DNA of 64,000 bases from a virus. Below the pieces are notes generated by a model that was not told the DNA's origin, made no database searches, and was given only the letters and a program-made list of their open reading frames with translations. Shown here piece by piece: positions 7,878 to 16,507 of the stretch (the first letter of the stretch is position 1; the number at the start of each line of letters is the position of its first letter). Location of the stretch: the IMG/VR virus record IMGVR_UViG_3300044701_004608, positions 47,783 through 111,782 of that record, one strand, 5' to 3'. Position numbers and translations under genes: made by a program.

Positions 7878-8441
7878 TTAAGTGATCGAAGTTGGAGTCG
7901 ATGTCTGTGTAGTACCTGTCATGGTTCCGGTATTGACCAGACCTTGGCTAGAGATTGCACTGTTCAGTGCGTTGATAGCGGCTACGCTGTTAGCGCTCTG
8001 GTAAGCACTGACAGCACCACCGTAGGCTAGACCTAGACCACCATAGAGACCGTTAAGACCTGTCAGAGCTGTGTTGGTATTGATCAGAGCCGTGTTGAGG
8101 TTTTCACGGTTGATGCCGTTGATGAGCTGGCGTGTGAGTTCAGCTTGACCCATCACAGCTTCGCGTGTGCGAGCAGCTTCTTGCATGACGAGTGCGTCAG
8201 TGCGAGCGGCGGCCAACATAGCGGCTGTGTTAGCATCATTTACTGCCTGCTTGGTAGCAGCCAGTGCCTGGTCCGTGTGGAATGCTGTTTGCATAGCACG
8301 GTTGTTGATGTCGTTGCTTTGTGCGACTTGAAGTTTGTAGTTTTCGAAAACGCTGTCAGAAACTTTTGTGTTTACGGCCTGGATCTGTGCGCTCAGGGCG
8401 TAGAAAGGATCTGTTGTGAATGCTCCTGTTACATCTGCCAT
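7878..8441 (-). CDS. Ala/Asn/Gln-rich coiled-coil protein (putative major structural subunit of the cassette)
   Basis: AAGGAG RBS; first gene after a TAAGTA promoter; helical AARTREAVMGQAELTRQLINGINRENLN followed by GLYGGLGLAYGG. Confidence 0.8.
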   Translation of the reverse strand: MADVTGAFTTDPFYALSAQIQAVNTKVSDSVFENYKLQVAQSNDINNRAMQTAFHTDQALAATKQAVNDANTAAMLAAARTDALVMQEAARTREAVMGQAELTRQLINGINRENLNTALINTNTALTGLNGLYGGLGLAYGGAVSAYQSANSVAAINALNSAISSQGLVNTGTMTGTTQTSTPTSIT

Positions 8442-8466
8442 TTTAGTAGTCTCCTTGTAAATGGTG

Positions 8467-8496
8467 TTATACCGGACGTCCCGGTATAATTACTTA
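8467..8496 (-). promoter_or_regulatory. TAAGTA promoter with adjacent inverted repeat
   Basis: TAAGTA at 8491-8496; TTATACCGG-N5-CCGGTATAA at 8467-8489. Confidence 0.5.
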
Positions 8497-8512
8497 GAAG
8501 CAAATGGCCAAG

Positions 8513-8535
8513 AAAAAGCCAGGCTTGAGCCTGGC
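8513..8535 (-). terminator. Intrinsic terminator after the luxR bicistron
   Basis: GCCAGGCT/AGCCTGGC inverted repeat followed by TTTTT on the minus strand. Confidence 0.65.
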
Positions 8536-8558
8536 CTAGTACTTGAGTGATGCGATGA

Positions 8559-9173
8559 TCACGTTGCTATGGCAAATCTATCGGGACTCTGTTGTACTAT
8601 CCCCGAAGCAAACACATGGGCCAATTGTCTAGCTGTGTCGAAGCATCTGTCAGTCGCAGTGAGATCCTCGTTCCAGTTTTTAATCAACCTCATATTGATC
8701 TGCGAAAACCATGTCTCTACTAAATCCATCAATTGATTTTTGATATTGAGCATGTTCCATGCTCCGGGATTGAGTGTAGACATGAGATCAAATAATTCAG
8801 ATGCACTGTTTTTTAATTTAGTCACTAAATCCTGCACGAACATGTCTGTGTTGATATTAAAATTTACCGGAGGTTTCTTGATATAATCTAACAACTGTAT
8901 CATTTCAGTAGTCTGTGCCTCCATGATAGTACGCCATCGCTGTGCTGAATCAGTACCATAGTAATCATTGATGGTATCGAAAAAATCAGAGATGTTAGCC
9001 ATGACCCATTCTCTCGTGACTGGCATCTCAGGCATCCCATTCATTACAGCTACTAGGTGGCTACGATTTCGCCAGACATAATCGTTCCAGAGGTCGCGGG
9101 ACCTGGCATGGAAATTGCCTACTTTGGCAGGATCTTCTTGGAAGTATTGTGTTGTGGTGACTTTGTAAACCAT
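8559..9173 (-). CDS. Helical-bundle protein, paralog A
   Basis: Start revised to MVYKV, just after the luxR stop; aligns with 3836-4618. Confidence 0.75.
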   Translation of the reverse strand: MVYKVTTTQYFQEDPAKVGNFHARSRDLWNDYVWRNRSHLVAVMNGMPEMPVTREWVMANISDFFDTINDYYGTDSAQRWRTIMEAQTTEMIQLLDYIKKPPVNFNINTDMFVQDLVTKLKNSASELFDLMSTLNPGAWNMLNIKNQLMDLVETWFSQINMRLIKNWNEDLTATDRCFDTARQLAHVFASGIVQQSPDRFAIAT

Positions 9174-9175
9174 TT

Positions 9176-9856
9176 TTATAACCTCGCTCCATTGTTGACT
9201 GCCAGGGCCAGTTGTGTACGGTTCCTGACACCGTATCGTTTCAAGATGGCACTGACATGTATTTTCACTGTGCTTTCTGATATGTTGAGTTGGCGTGCGA
9301 TGGCTTTGTTTGACAAGCCTCGTTCGCACAACAGTTTCTGTACTTCTTGCTGACGATCTGTGAGTGTGACTTCGTCGCTGTGCGATTTGGTGTCTGCTTT
9401 AGAAGTCTGCTCCATACATTCACGGGGCCAGAAATCCTGACCTTTGGTGAACATCTCTTCATAGGCTCGCTGATTCAGATAATAGTCGAAATCGTCGATG
9501 TGTGGGATCACTCCCGAGATGCCCATGTCCTTGAATGCTTTGACCTGTTGCCGTGTCAAGGGAGTCCTTAATAATACCAGGAATTTGCTATCCACTTCGC
9601 CGAATCGACAATCAAGGAATATCTTGAAACCCAGCACGAGGTCCCGGAATCGTTCGTTAAATTCATCGACGATGTTTTGATCGATGGAGATGAACTTGGG
9701 GGGCGAGTCGAGATGGGAGATGAACCCAAACGCTTGCCTGACATTGTTGGCCGACAAGGGTTGGAACCCAAACTGTTTGCCTCGGTCATTGAATACCTGT
9801 GATTGTTTTAGATTCGCAGAGATCCTCAATCCCAGTGGTGTGTTTTCCGTGTGCAT
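9176..9856 (-). CDS. LuxR/NarL-family transcription regulator
   Basis: C-terminal [49 protein letters not shown]; degenerate receiver-like N-domain; start revised to 9856 (AAGGA RBS). Confidence 0.9.
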   Translation of the reverse strand: MHTENTPLGLRISANLKQSQVFNDRGKQFGFQPLSANNVRQAFGFISHLDSPPKFISIDQNIVDEFNERFRDLVLGFKIFLDCRFGEVDSKFLVLLRTPLTRQQVKAFKDMGISGVIPHIDDFDYYLNQRAYEEMFTKGQDFWPRECMEQTSKADTKSHSDEVTLTDRQQEVQKLLCERGLSNKAIARQLNISESTVKIHVSAILKRYGVRNRTQLALAVNNGARL

Positions 9857-9990
9857 TAGAATTCCTTTTCTTACATAGATACTTACATCGTAGAAGCCAA
9901 GGAAAACTAGTACTTGGACGCGGGTCATACTTCATTAGGGTCTCGGTATGACTGTTGTATACAAAGATACACGATATTTTTTCACAGTCA

Positions 9991-10006
9991 ATACTCCCGG
10001 GAGTAT
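9991..10006. promoter_or_regulatory. Perfect 16-bp palindrome upstream of luxR
   Basis: ATACTCCCGGGAGTAT. Confidence 0.45.
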
Positions 10007-10058
10007 GTATTTCGTCGTGCGGCACAACACGCATTAAGATATTTTGACACATCCACCA

Positions 10059-10085
10059 CAAAAAAAAACGGCACCTTAGTGCCGT
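10059..10085 (-). terminator. Intrinsic terminator after GIY-YIG gene
   Basis: ACGGCAC/GTGCCGT stem plus long T run on the minus strand. Confidence 0.75.
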
Positions 10086-10098
10086 CAATAACTATATG

Positions 10099-10431
10099 TC
10101 AGTGTGTGTTGAGACTTGGTGAATATTGCCGAATCAATTCACGCTCACGGGCATGGGCGGGTTTGCGTCCACGCACGATCTCGATGAGACCGTAAGTGTG
10201 AGCTTCGGGGCCATGCTCTCTAATACTTTCGCATAGTGCCCATGACTTGTTTTCGGTGAGTGCTCTGCGGATGTGCTTCTGGATGCGGATTTTAAGAGCG
10301 CGGCGTACTTGGCTACCGCACACAGTGATGCCGATATACTGCTCGCCAGTCTGGGTGTTAGTGATACAGTAGACAGCATGTTTGGTGTCCTGTCTACGGC
10401 GTCTTTTTGGGGTGGGATTTCTCATTTCCAT
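10099..10431 (-). CDS. Free-standing GIY-YIG endonuclease-like protein
   Basis: AVYCITN..TGEQYIG, RIQKH, AHARERELI..LN; start revised to 10431. Confidence 0.8.
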   Translation of the reverse strand: MEMRNPTPKRRRRQDTKHAVYCITNTQTGEQYIGITVCGSQVRRALKIRIQKHIRRALTENKSWALCESIREHGPEAHTYGLIEIVRGRKPAHARERELIRQYSPSLNTH

Positions 10432-10437
10432 AATAAT

Positions 10438-10468
10438 ATTATACGAAAATGGGAATAATTGGTCAACC
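10438..10468 (-). promoter_or_regulatory. Sigma70-type early promoter
   Basis: TTGACC-N17-TATAAT. Confidence 0.85.
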
Positions 10469-10472
10469 AAAA

Positions 10473-10553
10473 GGTTAGTATGCGCTAACCTATTGATTTT
10501 GGGGGGTTAGTGTGTACTAACTTAGTATTACCTCGGGTTAGTACACACTAACC
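10473..10553. repeat. Three phased 18-bp palindromes GGTTAG-N6-CTAAC(C/T)
   Basis: Copies start at 10473, 10505 and 10536. Confidence 0.85.
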
Positions 10554-10592
10554 AATCGCGTTCGCAATATTATTACTATTTGGTCAACCTGT

Positions 10593-10808
10593 TTAATGTA
10601 GTGTCCGTTGTCCACCGAACTCGTCGATGCCAAACATAGCCAGCAGTTCTATCACGGACTCGGGTACTTCTGTCACGTCGGCCGCATGTGGGATGAAGAC
10701 GCTTTTGAGTTCCCCATCTGGACCTAATATAAAACCGTAATCACCTTCGCCTAATTCATCATCGAATGCGTCACCAATGCTGATTTCATTTTCCTGATCT
10801 TTTAACAT
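10593..10808 (-). CDS. Hypothetical protein
   Basis: 71-aa acidic ORF ending RTLH. Confidence 0.6.
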   Translation of the reverse strand: MLKDQENEISIGDAFDDELGEGDYGFILGPDGELKSVFIPHAADVTEVPESVIELLAMFGIDEFGGQRTLH

Positions 10809-11412
10809 GGTCTGGCTCCAGTCGTTTTAGATATTTAACTATTTCTTTTTCGAGTTTTCGTACTATATTTGGATCGGCCACGAAGAGTCCTTCGTAGATT
10901 TTGTACATGGCTGTCTCGTGATAATCGATACCGTGTACTAGAGAATCTGCCGCGATGCTGAATCCGTATGCTTCGATCTCTTCAGTGGCACCTAGATATT
11001 CTTGTTCGTTCTTGGTCGCGGGGTCAGTGTCCTCGCTGATATACGGACGATTTTTTTCTTTCTTGTGATGCTGTTTTTGATGTACATGTTCGTGGCCTAC
11101 GCATTCCGCGACATCAAAGGCTAGTCTCTCCCAATCGATGATGTCAACGAAATATACTTCTTGTTGGGGGTGGTAGCAAAGATCTATATCTATCGATGGC
11201 TCGCCGACTGATTCGTTCCAACAATCATATATCCCTGCCACTAATATCATGTCCGGAGCGACCGCTTCATCTCTCACGGTACGGAAACGGTATTCGTGCC
11301 CGTGTACTGCCCGGCGCAATATCTTCGTGATATCAGACGGTGACTTTTTTTGACCATGATACCTACCAGGGATATCTAGTATCCTGCGGTACAGGTCAAA
11401 AAAGTCGTACAT
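10786..11412 (-). CDS. Putative zincin-like metalloprotein
   Basis: GHEHVHQKQ (HEXXH) with downstream EIEAY. Confidence 0.6.
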   Translation of the reverse strand: MYDFFDLYRRILDIPGRYHGQKKSPSDITKILRRAVHGHEYRFRTVRDEAVAPDMILVAGIYDCWNESVGEPSIDIDLCYHPQQEVYFVDIIDWERLAFDVAECVGHEHVHQKQHHKKEKNRPYISEDTDPATKNEQEYLGATEEIEAYGFSIAADSLVHGIDYHETAMYKIYEGLFVADPNIVRKLEKEIVKYLKRLEPDHVKRSGK

Positions 11413-11419
11413 CTATCTA

Positions 11420-11725
11420 TTATTTGAAAAGTATCAGTGCCATCAACGATGCTTGGATCACGAAACCGATGCTGATAGTGATCATTATCACCAGGTCTTT
11501 GACTAATATAGATCTGATGAAATATAACAGCAATGATGTCCATACGAAAAACACGACATCTATGCTTGGTACTTTATCAGTCAGTCCTTTGAGCACGGCC
11601 AGCAGGCTTGGGATAGTCGCCGCATGTAACATCACGACAGCGAGCCAACCCATGGTGTCTGCGCCCATGCGGCCGAGATTGGTTTTAAGATAATTCTTTG
11701 CGGTATCAAACAATGATTTAAACAT
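11420..11725 (-). CDS. Small 3-TM membrane protein
   Basis: Three hydrophobic helices. Confidence 0.65.
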   Translation of the reverse strand: MFKSLFDTAKNYLKTNLGRMGADTMGWLAVVMLHAATIPSLLAVLKGLTDKVPSIDVVFFVWTSLLLYFIRSILVKDLVIMITISIGFVIQASLMALILFK

Positions 11726-12324
11726 CAGATATCCTTACTTTTATCTTTGTAAAAAATATGTCTACCGATCTTGGTGATCTTTTCTTTGTTCCAGCGAGGG
11801 TTGACATAATCGGCATGATAATACAAGGCGCTATTGAGTCCGGGAAGTCTAAAGTTTTCTAATAGCACACGTTTGGCTACATCATAGCTTTCTTGGTAGA
11901 CCGTATCATTGACTGGTCGCTGGCGATGCGTGCCATCACAGTACCAGCTGAACTGGCAGACCACTTTTTCATAGACGATATTCTTTTGATAAACTACCTG
12001 GCAGATCTCGCTGGGGAATTGTCCCGAAGCGGCCCGGTTCAATGTCACTTGGGCGACTGCTACTTTGCCTTCGAATGATTCATATCCTGCTTCTTTGTAG
12101 ATATTCATCGCCAAGCATGAAAGTTGTTTGTCCCGGTCGGCCATGGTCACGAAATTCTGTTTCCAGGGTGCGCCGGACGATTTGAGTTTGTCGAACTTGT
12201 GATCAGTCACGAAGGTGATCACCGAAACTGCTAATACCACAGAGACGAAGGCCATGAATACTTCTACCAACATCTCCACTACTTTTGAAGTCGACGAATC
12301 ATCTGCTAATGTTACGAATTGCAT
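11725..12324 (-). CDS. Cell wall hydrolase (SleB/Hydrolase_2)
   Basis: CLAMNIYKEAGYES..GKVAVAQVTLNR..CQFSW..ALYYHADYVNPRW..IGRHIFY; N-terminal TM. Confidence 0.92.
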   Translation of the reverse strand: MQFVTLADDSSTSKVVEMLVEVFMAFVSVVLAVSVITFVTDHKFDKLKSSGAPWKQNFVTMADRDKQLSCLAMNIYKEAGYESFEGKVAVAQVTLNRAASGQFPSEICQVVYQKNIVYEKVVCQFSWYCDGTHRQRPVNDTVYQESYDVAKRVLLENFRLPGLNSALYYHADYVNPRWNKEKITKIGRHIFYKDKSKDI

Positions 12325-12465
12325 TGTTTTCGTTCTCCTTTTTTAAGAGTCTAAGTTATGTAGTGCTCTATAGTGATAGAAAAACACCGCTATAACCCAA
12401 TATAATAGTATATTATAGCGGTTTTTTAGTACGAAATCAAGGTTTTCTGGGGTTTTAATCTGGGC

Positions 12466-14451
12466 TTATGTAGCCAGATTACGGCCTTCGTAGAGAGCGG
12501 CGATCACAGCATCACCACCTCTGGAATCTGCGGATAGGCCCAATTCTTCGATGAATCGGCCCAAACCTAAGTTCTGTTTGTCCACACCATATTGATGTAG
12601 TTTTTCAGCGAAACCGGTCACTCCCATATATCCAGTGGGGCCATCGTATTTGAGATTTATGCTGGCGGCGGTGAGTGCGCCTTGCTCTTGATCCAGCGCC
12701 ATTTGTATCTGGGCCAACGCTTTATTGACTTTATCTACATCAACTGGATTTGGTAATGTCTTCGAAACAGAAACTAGATATTGTAGATGCTCGAGTATAG
12801 GGCCCTCTGAGGATATAGATCCCAACATCTGGAATACGCCCGGAGTTCCGTTTGGTGTGGCTGTTGCTGGAACAGGTGGCTCTTCGGGGCGCGGAGAACC
12901 GATAGCCGCCAGATCAGGCAGACCACGATTCAGACGTTCAGTGTTCACACGATCCCAAACGATATGGTCATCACCGGTATAAGTGAGATCCTCGTCAGGT
13001 GTTTTCGTGTACAACGATGTATCGATGGCGCCACCGGCTGCGAATCCGTCCATCTTTAATGGAATGCTAGGGACGCCAGGTATGTTAGGTACCTTGGGTA
13101 TATGTCCGGGCATCGATGGTGCGCTGAGATTTTTAGGAATGCTTATACCCGACAAGGAGAACATCTCCGATAGCCCTTCCCGTGACTCGTCGGGTACCAA
13201 TGCTTCATTCATCGGTGGCAGGGATAACGATGTAAATTTACCTTTGAGAGAATCGCTGAGTTGGCTGAAATCGGGAGGGGCTGCCATGAGATGCTTGAGA
13301 TCAGGGACTTTAGTTCCAGAAAGTTTTTTCCCGATATCCGAGAAATTTCCAGTACCAGCTACTGTTTGTAATCCAGCGCCTAACGACGACATATCTCCGC
13401 CACCGGAAAAACTGGTAGATGATGCTTCTGCATCTTTCTCAGGTTGTGGGGATCCAATCTCTTCTAGCCCGGGCAAGTTTCTTTTAAGACGCTCAGCATT
13501 GACCCTCTCCCATACGATATAATCGTCCCCGGTGTAAGTGAGATCCTCGTCGGCGGTTTTAGCATAAAGTGCTCCTGTAAACGGGACATCAAATTTTGGA
13601 GCGCCGGCTGCTGATGGTGTCGCTGACAACGCGGCCGGAGAAAGTACTTTAGAAGCATCAAGCGCATCGCCAAGATTACCTAGTTTTTCTACTGGGAATC
13701 CGGTCGACCTTCCTACCGCTAAAAGGTCGCTGCCCCCGACTTCCGACAAGACTTTTTTCAAAGTAGTTTCGTCATCGTCTGACAGGTCGTTGATATCAAT
13801 GCCTGCGCTCGATAGTCTTTCAGTGACCGAACTAGGTAATGCTCCTTGGGCACTGAGGTTCTTAATCAATGATGAAGCTTTGCCTAAGTCAGCTAGGGAA
13901 TTAGTATCATACATAGAACCAAATCCCTTGAGGTTGTCCCCCAACTTGGACATAGCAGCGGCTCCGCCGGGGAAAGAACCAGTCTTGCCGCCTGTGACGA
14001 GATCCTGAATATTATTGATGTTGGGACCAAAGTCAGTGAATGATTTAAAAGAGTTTAAGGCCGCGGCCGAATCTAATATACCATTACTAGTGGCAGATGC
14101 CCCGCTCGATGCCTGGAAGATACTGACGAATCTTCGTATCGCTTGTTCATCGGGTACGATCTGATATGTTCCCTGGTCATCGAATTGGACTGTGCCTAAC
14201 AAACGTCCAATACGTGCTCGAAGATTACCTAGAACGACCGACCGTGGTAGATCTGCTAAATCTGATGCTCCAGGCCATAACTCGGTCACTGTTGGTTCTT
14301 CGCCTTCGGCGACAGGAGTACTACTCGTACCAGTCCACTCTTCGAGCTTTTTACAATCCACGATAGCATCTAGTATGTCTCTAGATGGTGCTAGTCCATC
14401 ACCTTTGAGCAGGAAATCCATCGCTAATAAAACTATAGGAGTCTGTGCCAT
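12466..14451 (-). CDS. Large putative baseplate/virion protein with internal 45-aa duplication
   Basis: Coupled to the PAAR gene; two copies of LY.KT.DEDLTYTGDD.IVW.RVN.ERL.R.LP.L..IGSP.PE. Confidence 0.65.
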   Translation of the reverse strand: MAQTPIVLLAMDFLLKGDGLAPSRDILDAIVDCKKLEEWTGTSSTPVAEGEEPTVTELWPGASDLADLPRSVVLGNLRARIGRLLGTVQFDDQGTYQIVPDEQAIRRFVSIFQASSGASATSNGILDSAAALNSFKSFTDFGPNINNIQDLVTGGKTGSFPGGAAAMSKLGDNLKGFGSMYDTNSLADLGKASSLIKNLSAQGALPSSVTERLSSAGIDINDLSDDDETTLKKVLSEVGGSDLLAVGRSTGFPVEKLGNLGDALDASKVLSPAALSATPSAAGAPKFDVPFTGALYAKTADEDLTYTGDDYIVWERVNAERLKRNLPGLEEIGSPQPEKDAEASSTSFSGGGDMSSLGAGLQTVAGTGNFSDIGKKLSGTKVPDLKHLMAAPPDFSQLSDSLKGKFTSLSLPPMNEALVPDESREGLSEMFSLSGISIPKNLSAPSMPGHIPKVPNIPGVPSIPLKMDGFAAGGAIDTSLYTKTPDEDLTYTGDDHIVWDRVNTERLNRGLPDLAAIGSPRPEEPPVPATATPNGTPGVFQMLGSISSEGPILEHLQYLVSVSKTLPNPVDVDKVNKALAQIQMALDQEQGALTAASINLKYDGPTGYMGVTGFAEKLHQYGVDKQNLGLGRFIEELGLSADSRGGDAVIAALYEGRNLAT

Positions 14452-14452
14452 G

Positions 14453-14740
14453 TTAACCTCCTATATCTACATCAGGGCTTCCAGCAGCAACGATGTGACC
14501 ACATTCAAATGGGTCTCCGACTCGCGCGGCGGCACGGCCTTCAATGAATACTGTTGACGATGCCGCCACGATGGGATTAGGCACATGCGGTGGGTGAGGA
14601 GGACCATAAGGCGCATGGTCTACGTCTAAGCTGCCTATAATAGCCGCAGGAAGACCGTTAGTAAACACGGTAGTAGCGACGTCGGCGTTGACCATTCCGT
14701 CACTATTATCTGGGTCTGTTTTTCTTGCGGCCGCCGGCAT
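14453..14740 (-). CDS. PAAR spike-tip protein (gp5.4-like)
   Basis: PAAAR, NGLPAA, EGRAAARVGD, CGH. Confidence 0.9.
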   Translation of the reverse strand: MPAAARKTDPDNSDGMVNADVATTVFTNGLPAAIIGSLDVDHAPYGPPHPPHVPNPIVAASSTVFIEGRAAARVGDPFECGHIVAAGSPDVDIGG

Positions 14741-15030
14741 TATAGTGCGATTCCCGTTGTAGTCTGTATGTAATGATTCTTGATCGCATCGCTGGTCAAT
14801 GCCATCATCATGATATGTTGACGCAGTAATTCGATAGGCTTACCATTGTCCACGCTGAACATCACTGGCATGATTCCCAGACCGTTTTGATTAGGGATTA
14901 CCACGAAGGGTTTTTCGATCTTGAATCCGTCGCTGATTTTTTCCGTGACTTTGGCCACGATCTCGTCACCATTGACGAGCTTGAATGACACGACGTCATT
15001 GACGTCTATAGTTGAAGGGCTGATTAACAT
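14740..15030 (-). CDS. Sm-like fold hypothetical protein
   Basis: VVSFKLVNGDEIVAKV motif. Confidence 0.6.
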   Translation of the reverse strand: MLISPSTIDVNDVVSFKLVNGDEIVAKVTEKISDGFKIEKPFVVIPNQNGLGIMPVMFSVDNGKPIELLRQHIMMMALTSDAIKNHYIQTTTGIAL

Positions 15031-15278
15031 TATCTTCCTAATCTCTCATTGAGTTCTTCTGTGGATAGTTTTGAAAGGCCCATCCAACCGCCTTCTACGA
15101 ATAATTCACCGTCTTTATAGATCTGTGGTACAGTACGATGATTCTGGCTACGCAAAAATTCTCTCGCAGCTTCGTCCTCTTCGATGTTGACTTCCTGGAA
15201 GTCGATACCACGGGCCTTTAGCAAATTCTTGGCGTTGACGCAGTAAGGGCACACGGTTTTTGAATAAACAGTCAGCAT
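15030..15278 (-). CDS. grx: Glutaredoxin
   Basis: CPYC, RTVPQI, GG. Confidence 0.93.
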   Translation of the reverse strand: MLTVYSKTVCPYCVNAKNLLKARGIDFQEVNIEEDEAAREFLRSQNHRTVPQIYKDGELFVEGGWMGLSKLSTEELNERLGR

Positions 15279-15310
15279 TTTTTACCTCTTTGTTATTGTT
15301 TTTCATAGGA

Positions 15311-15353
15311 AAAGCCAGCGCAATATCCTTGTTAGATATTTATCGCTGGCTTT
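15311..15353 (-). terminator. Hairpin/terminator after nrdB containing a TAAATA promoter
   Basis: AAAGCCAGCG...CGCTGGCTTT with TAAATA inside. Confidence 0.55.
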
Positions 15354-15362
15354 CTTGGGGGT

Positions 15363-16487
15363 TTAAAGACTGAAACCTTTAAAGGTGTCGTTGGTGACGT
15401 CCTGTTTGGTTCCGCCTATCACATAGGTGGTGATTTCAGTTTCTTGTGGTGCCACTTGTACTTCGGCACCGGCGATCCACTTAGCGGTCCATGGCAATGG
15501 GTTCGAGCCAGGTTTGATGCCACAGTTGAGTCCCACAGCAGTCATGCGCTTACACAATACCCAGTCCACATAGTCGCAGAGAAGTTGCTTGTTCAAGCCG
15601 ATCATGCTGCCGTCTTTGAACAAATATTCAGCCCAGGACTTTTCCTGCTCGGCGGCTTCGAAATAGATCTGTTCGCATTCTCTCTGGGTCTCTTCGCGGA
15701 TCTCAGCAAACTCCGGGTCATCTTGTGGCAGCAATTTGAGTAAGGTTTGCGTGGACCCTAAATGTATGTTTTCATCCCGGCAGATGAGCTTGATGATCTT
15801 GGCATTGCCTTCCATCTTCTTGAGTTCAGCGAAGGCCCAGGAGCAAGCGAACGAAACATAAAAACGGATGCCTTCTAGGGCATTCACTGATGTCAGTGCC
15901 AACCACAGTTTCTTCTTGAGATCTCTGCGATCGACTACTACTGTTTGACCATTGACAGTGTGAGTACCTTCGCCCAAGACTTGATACCATTGGCTAGCAT
16001 CGATGAGTTCATCATAGTAACGGCTGATGCCAACGGCACAGTCCACGATCTCTTTGGTGTCCAAGAGTTCGTCGAAGATCTTAGAAGGATCCGAATACAC
16101 GTTACGGATGATGTGGGTGTAACTGCGACTGTGGATGGTCTCGTTGAACGCCCAAGTCTCGATCCAAGTCTCTAGTTCAGGTAGGCTGGCCAGTGGCAGG
16201 AATGCCAGATTGGGACTGCGGCCTTGTACCGAGTCCAGGAGGATCTGGCGCTTGAGGTTTGAAGTGAAAATGTGTTGTTCGTGCTCTGTGAGTTCTTTGA
16301 AGTCCTTGGCGTCACGCAAGACGTCGACTTCTTCGGGTCTCCAGAAAAAGCCTAATTGTTTGTCTGTGAGTTTGTCAAATTGTCTGTATTTTAATGTTTC
16401 GTAGCGTTGTATGCCCACTGGACCGTTAGGGTCTAGGAAGGCCAGTGCCTTGGTATGGTCAGATGATTTAGTATTGAATACGGTCAT
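15363..16487 (-). CDS. nrdB: Ribonucleotide reductase class Ia beta
   Basis: FFWRPEE, LDSVQGR, ETIHSRSY, LEGIRFYVSF, RDENIH, VAPQETE. Confidence 0.97.
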   Translation of the reverse strand: MTVFNTKSSDHTKALAFLDPNGPVGIQRYETLKYRQFDKLTDKQLGFFWRPEEVDVLRDAKDFKELTEHEQHIFTSNLKRQILLDSVQGRSPNLAFLPLASLPELETWIETWAFNETIHSRSYTHIIRNVYSDPSKIFDELLDTKEIVDCAVGISRYYDELIDASQWYQVLGEGTHTVNGQTVVVDRRDLKKKLWLALTSVNALEGIRFYVSFACSWAFAELKKMEGNAKIIKLICRDENIHLGSTQTLLKLLPQDDPEFAEIREETQRECEQIYFEAAEQEKSWAEYLFKDGSMIGLNKQLLCDYVDWVLCKRMTAVGLNCGIKPGSNPLPWTAKWIAGAEVQVAPQETEITTYVIGGTKQDVTNDTFKGFSL

Positions 16488-16507
16488 TTTTGTTCAGCCT
16501 TGTTTTT

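Noticed and set aside
9786-10195. ORFs 9786-10088 and 9914-10195
   Set aside because: They span a terminator and the luxR regulatory region and have no recognisable motifs.
10473-10553. Possible mini-CRISPR array
   Set aside because: The repeats are 18-bp palindromes with variable centres and only 13-14-bp gaps, and there are no cas genes; operator-like instead.
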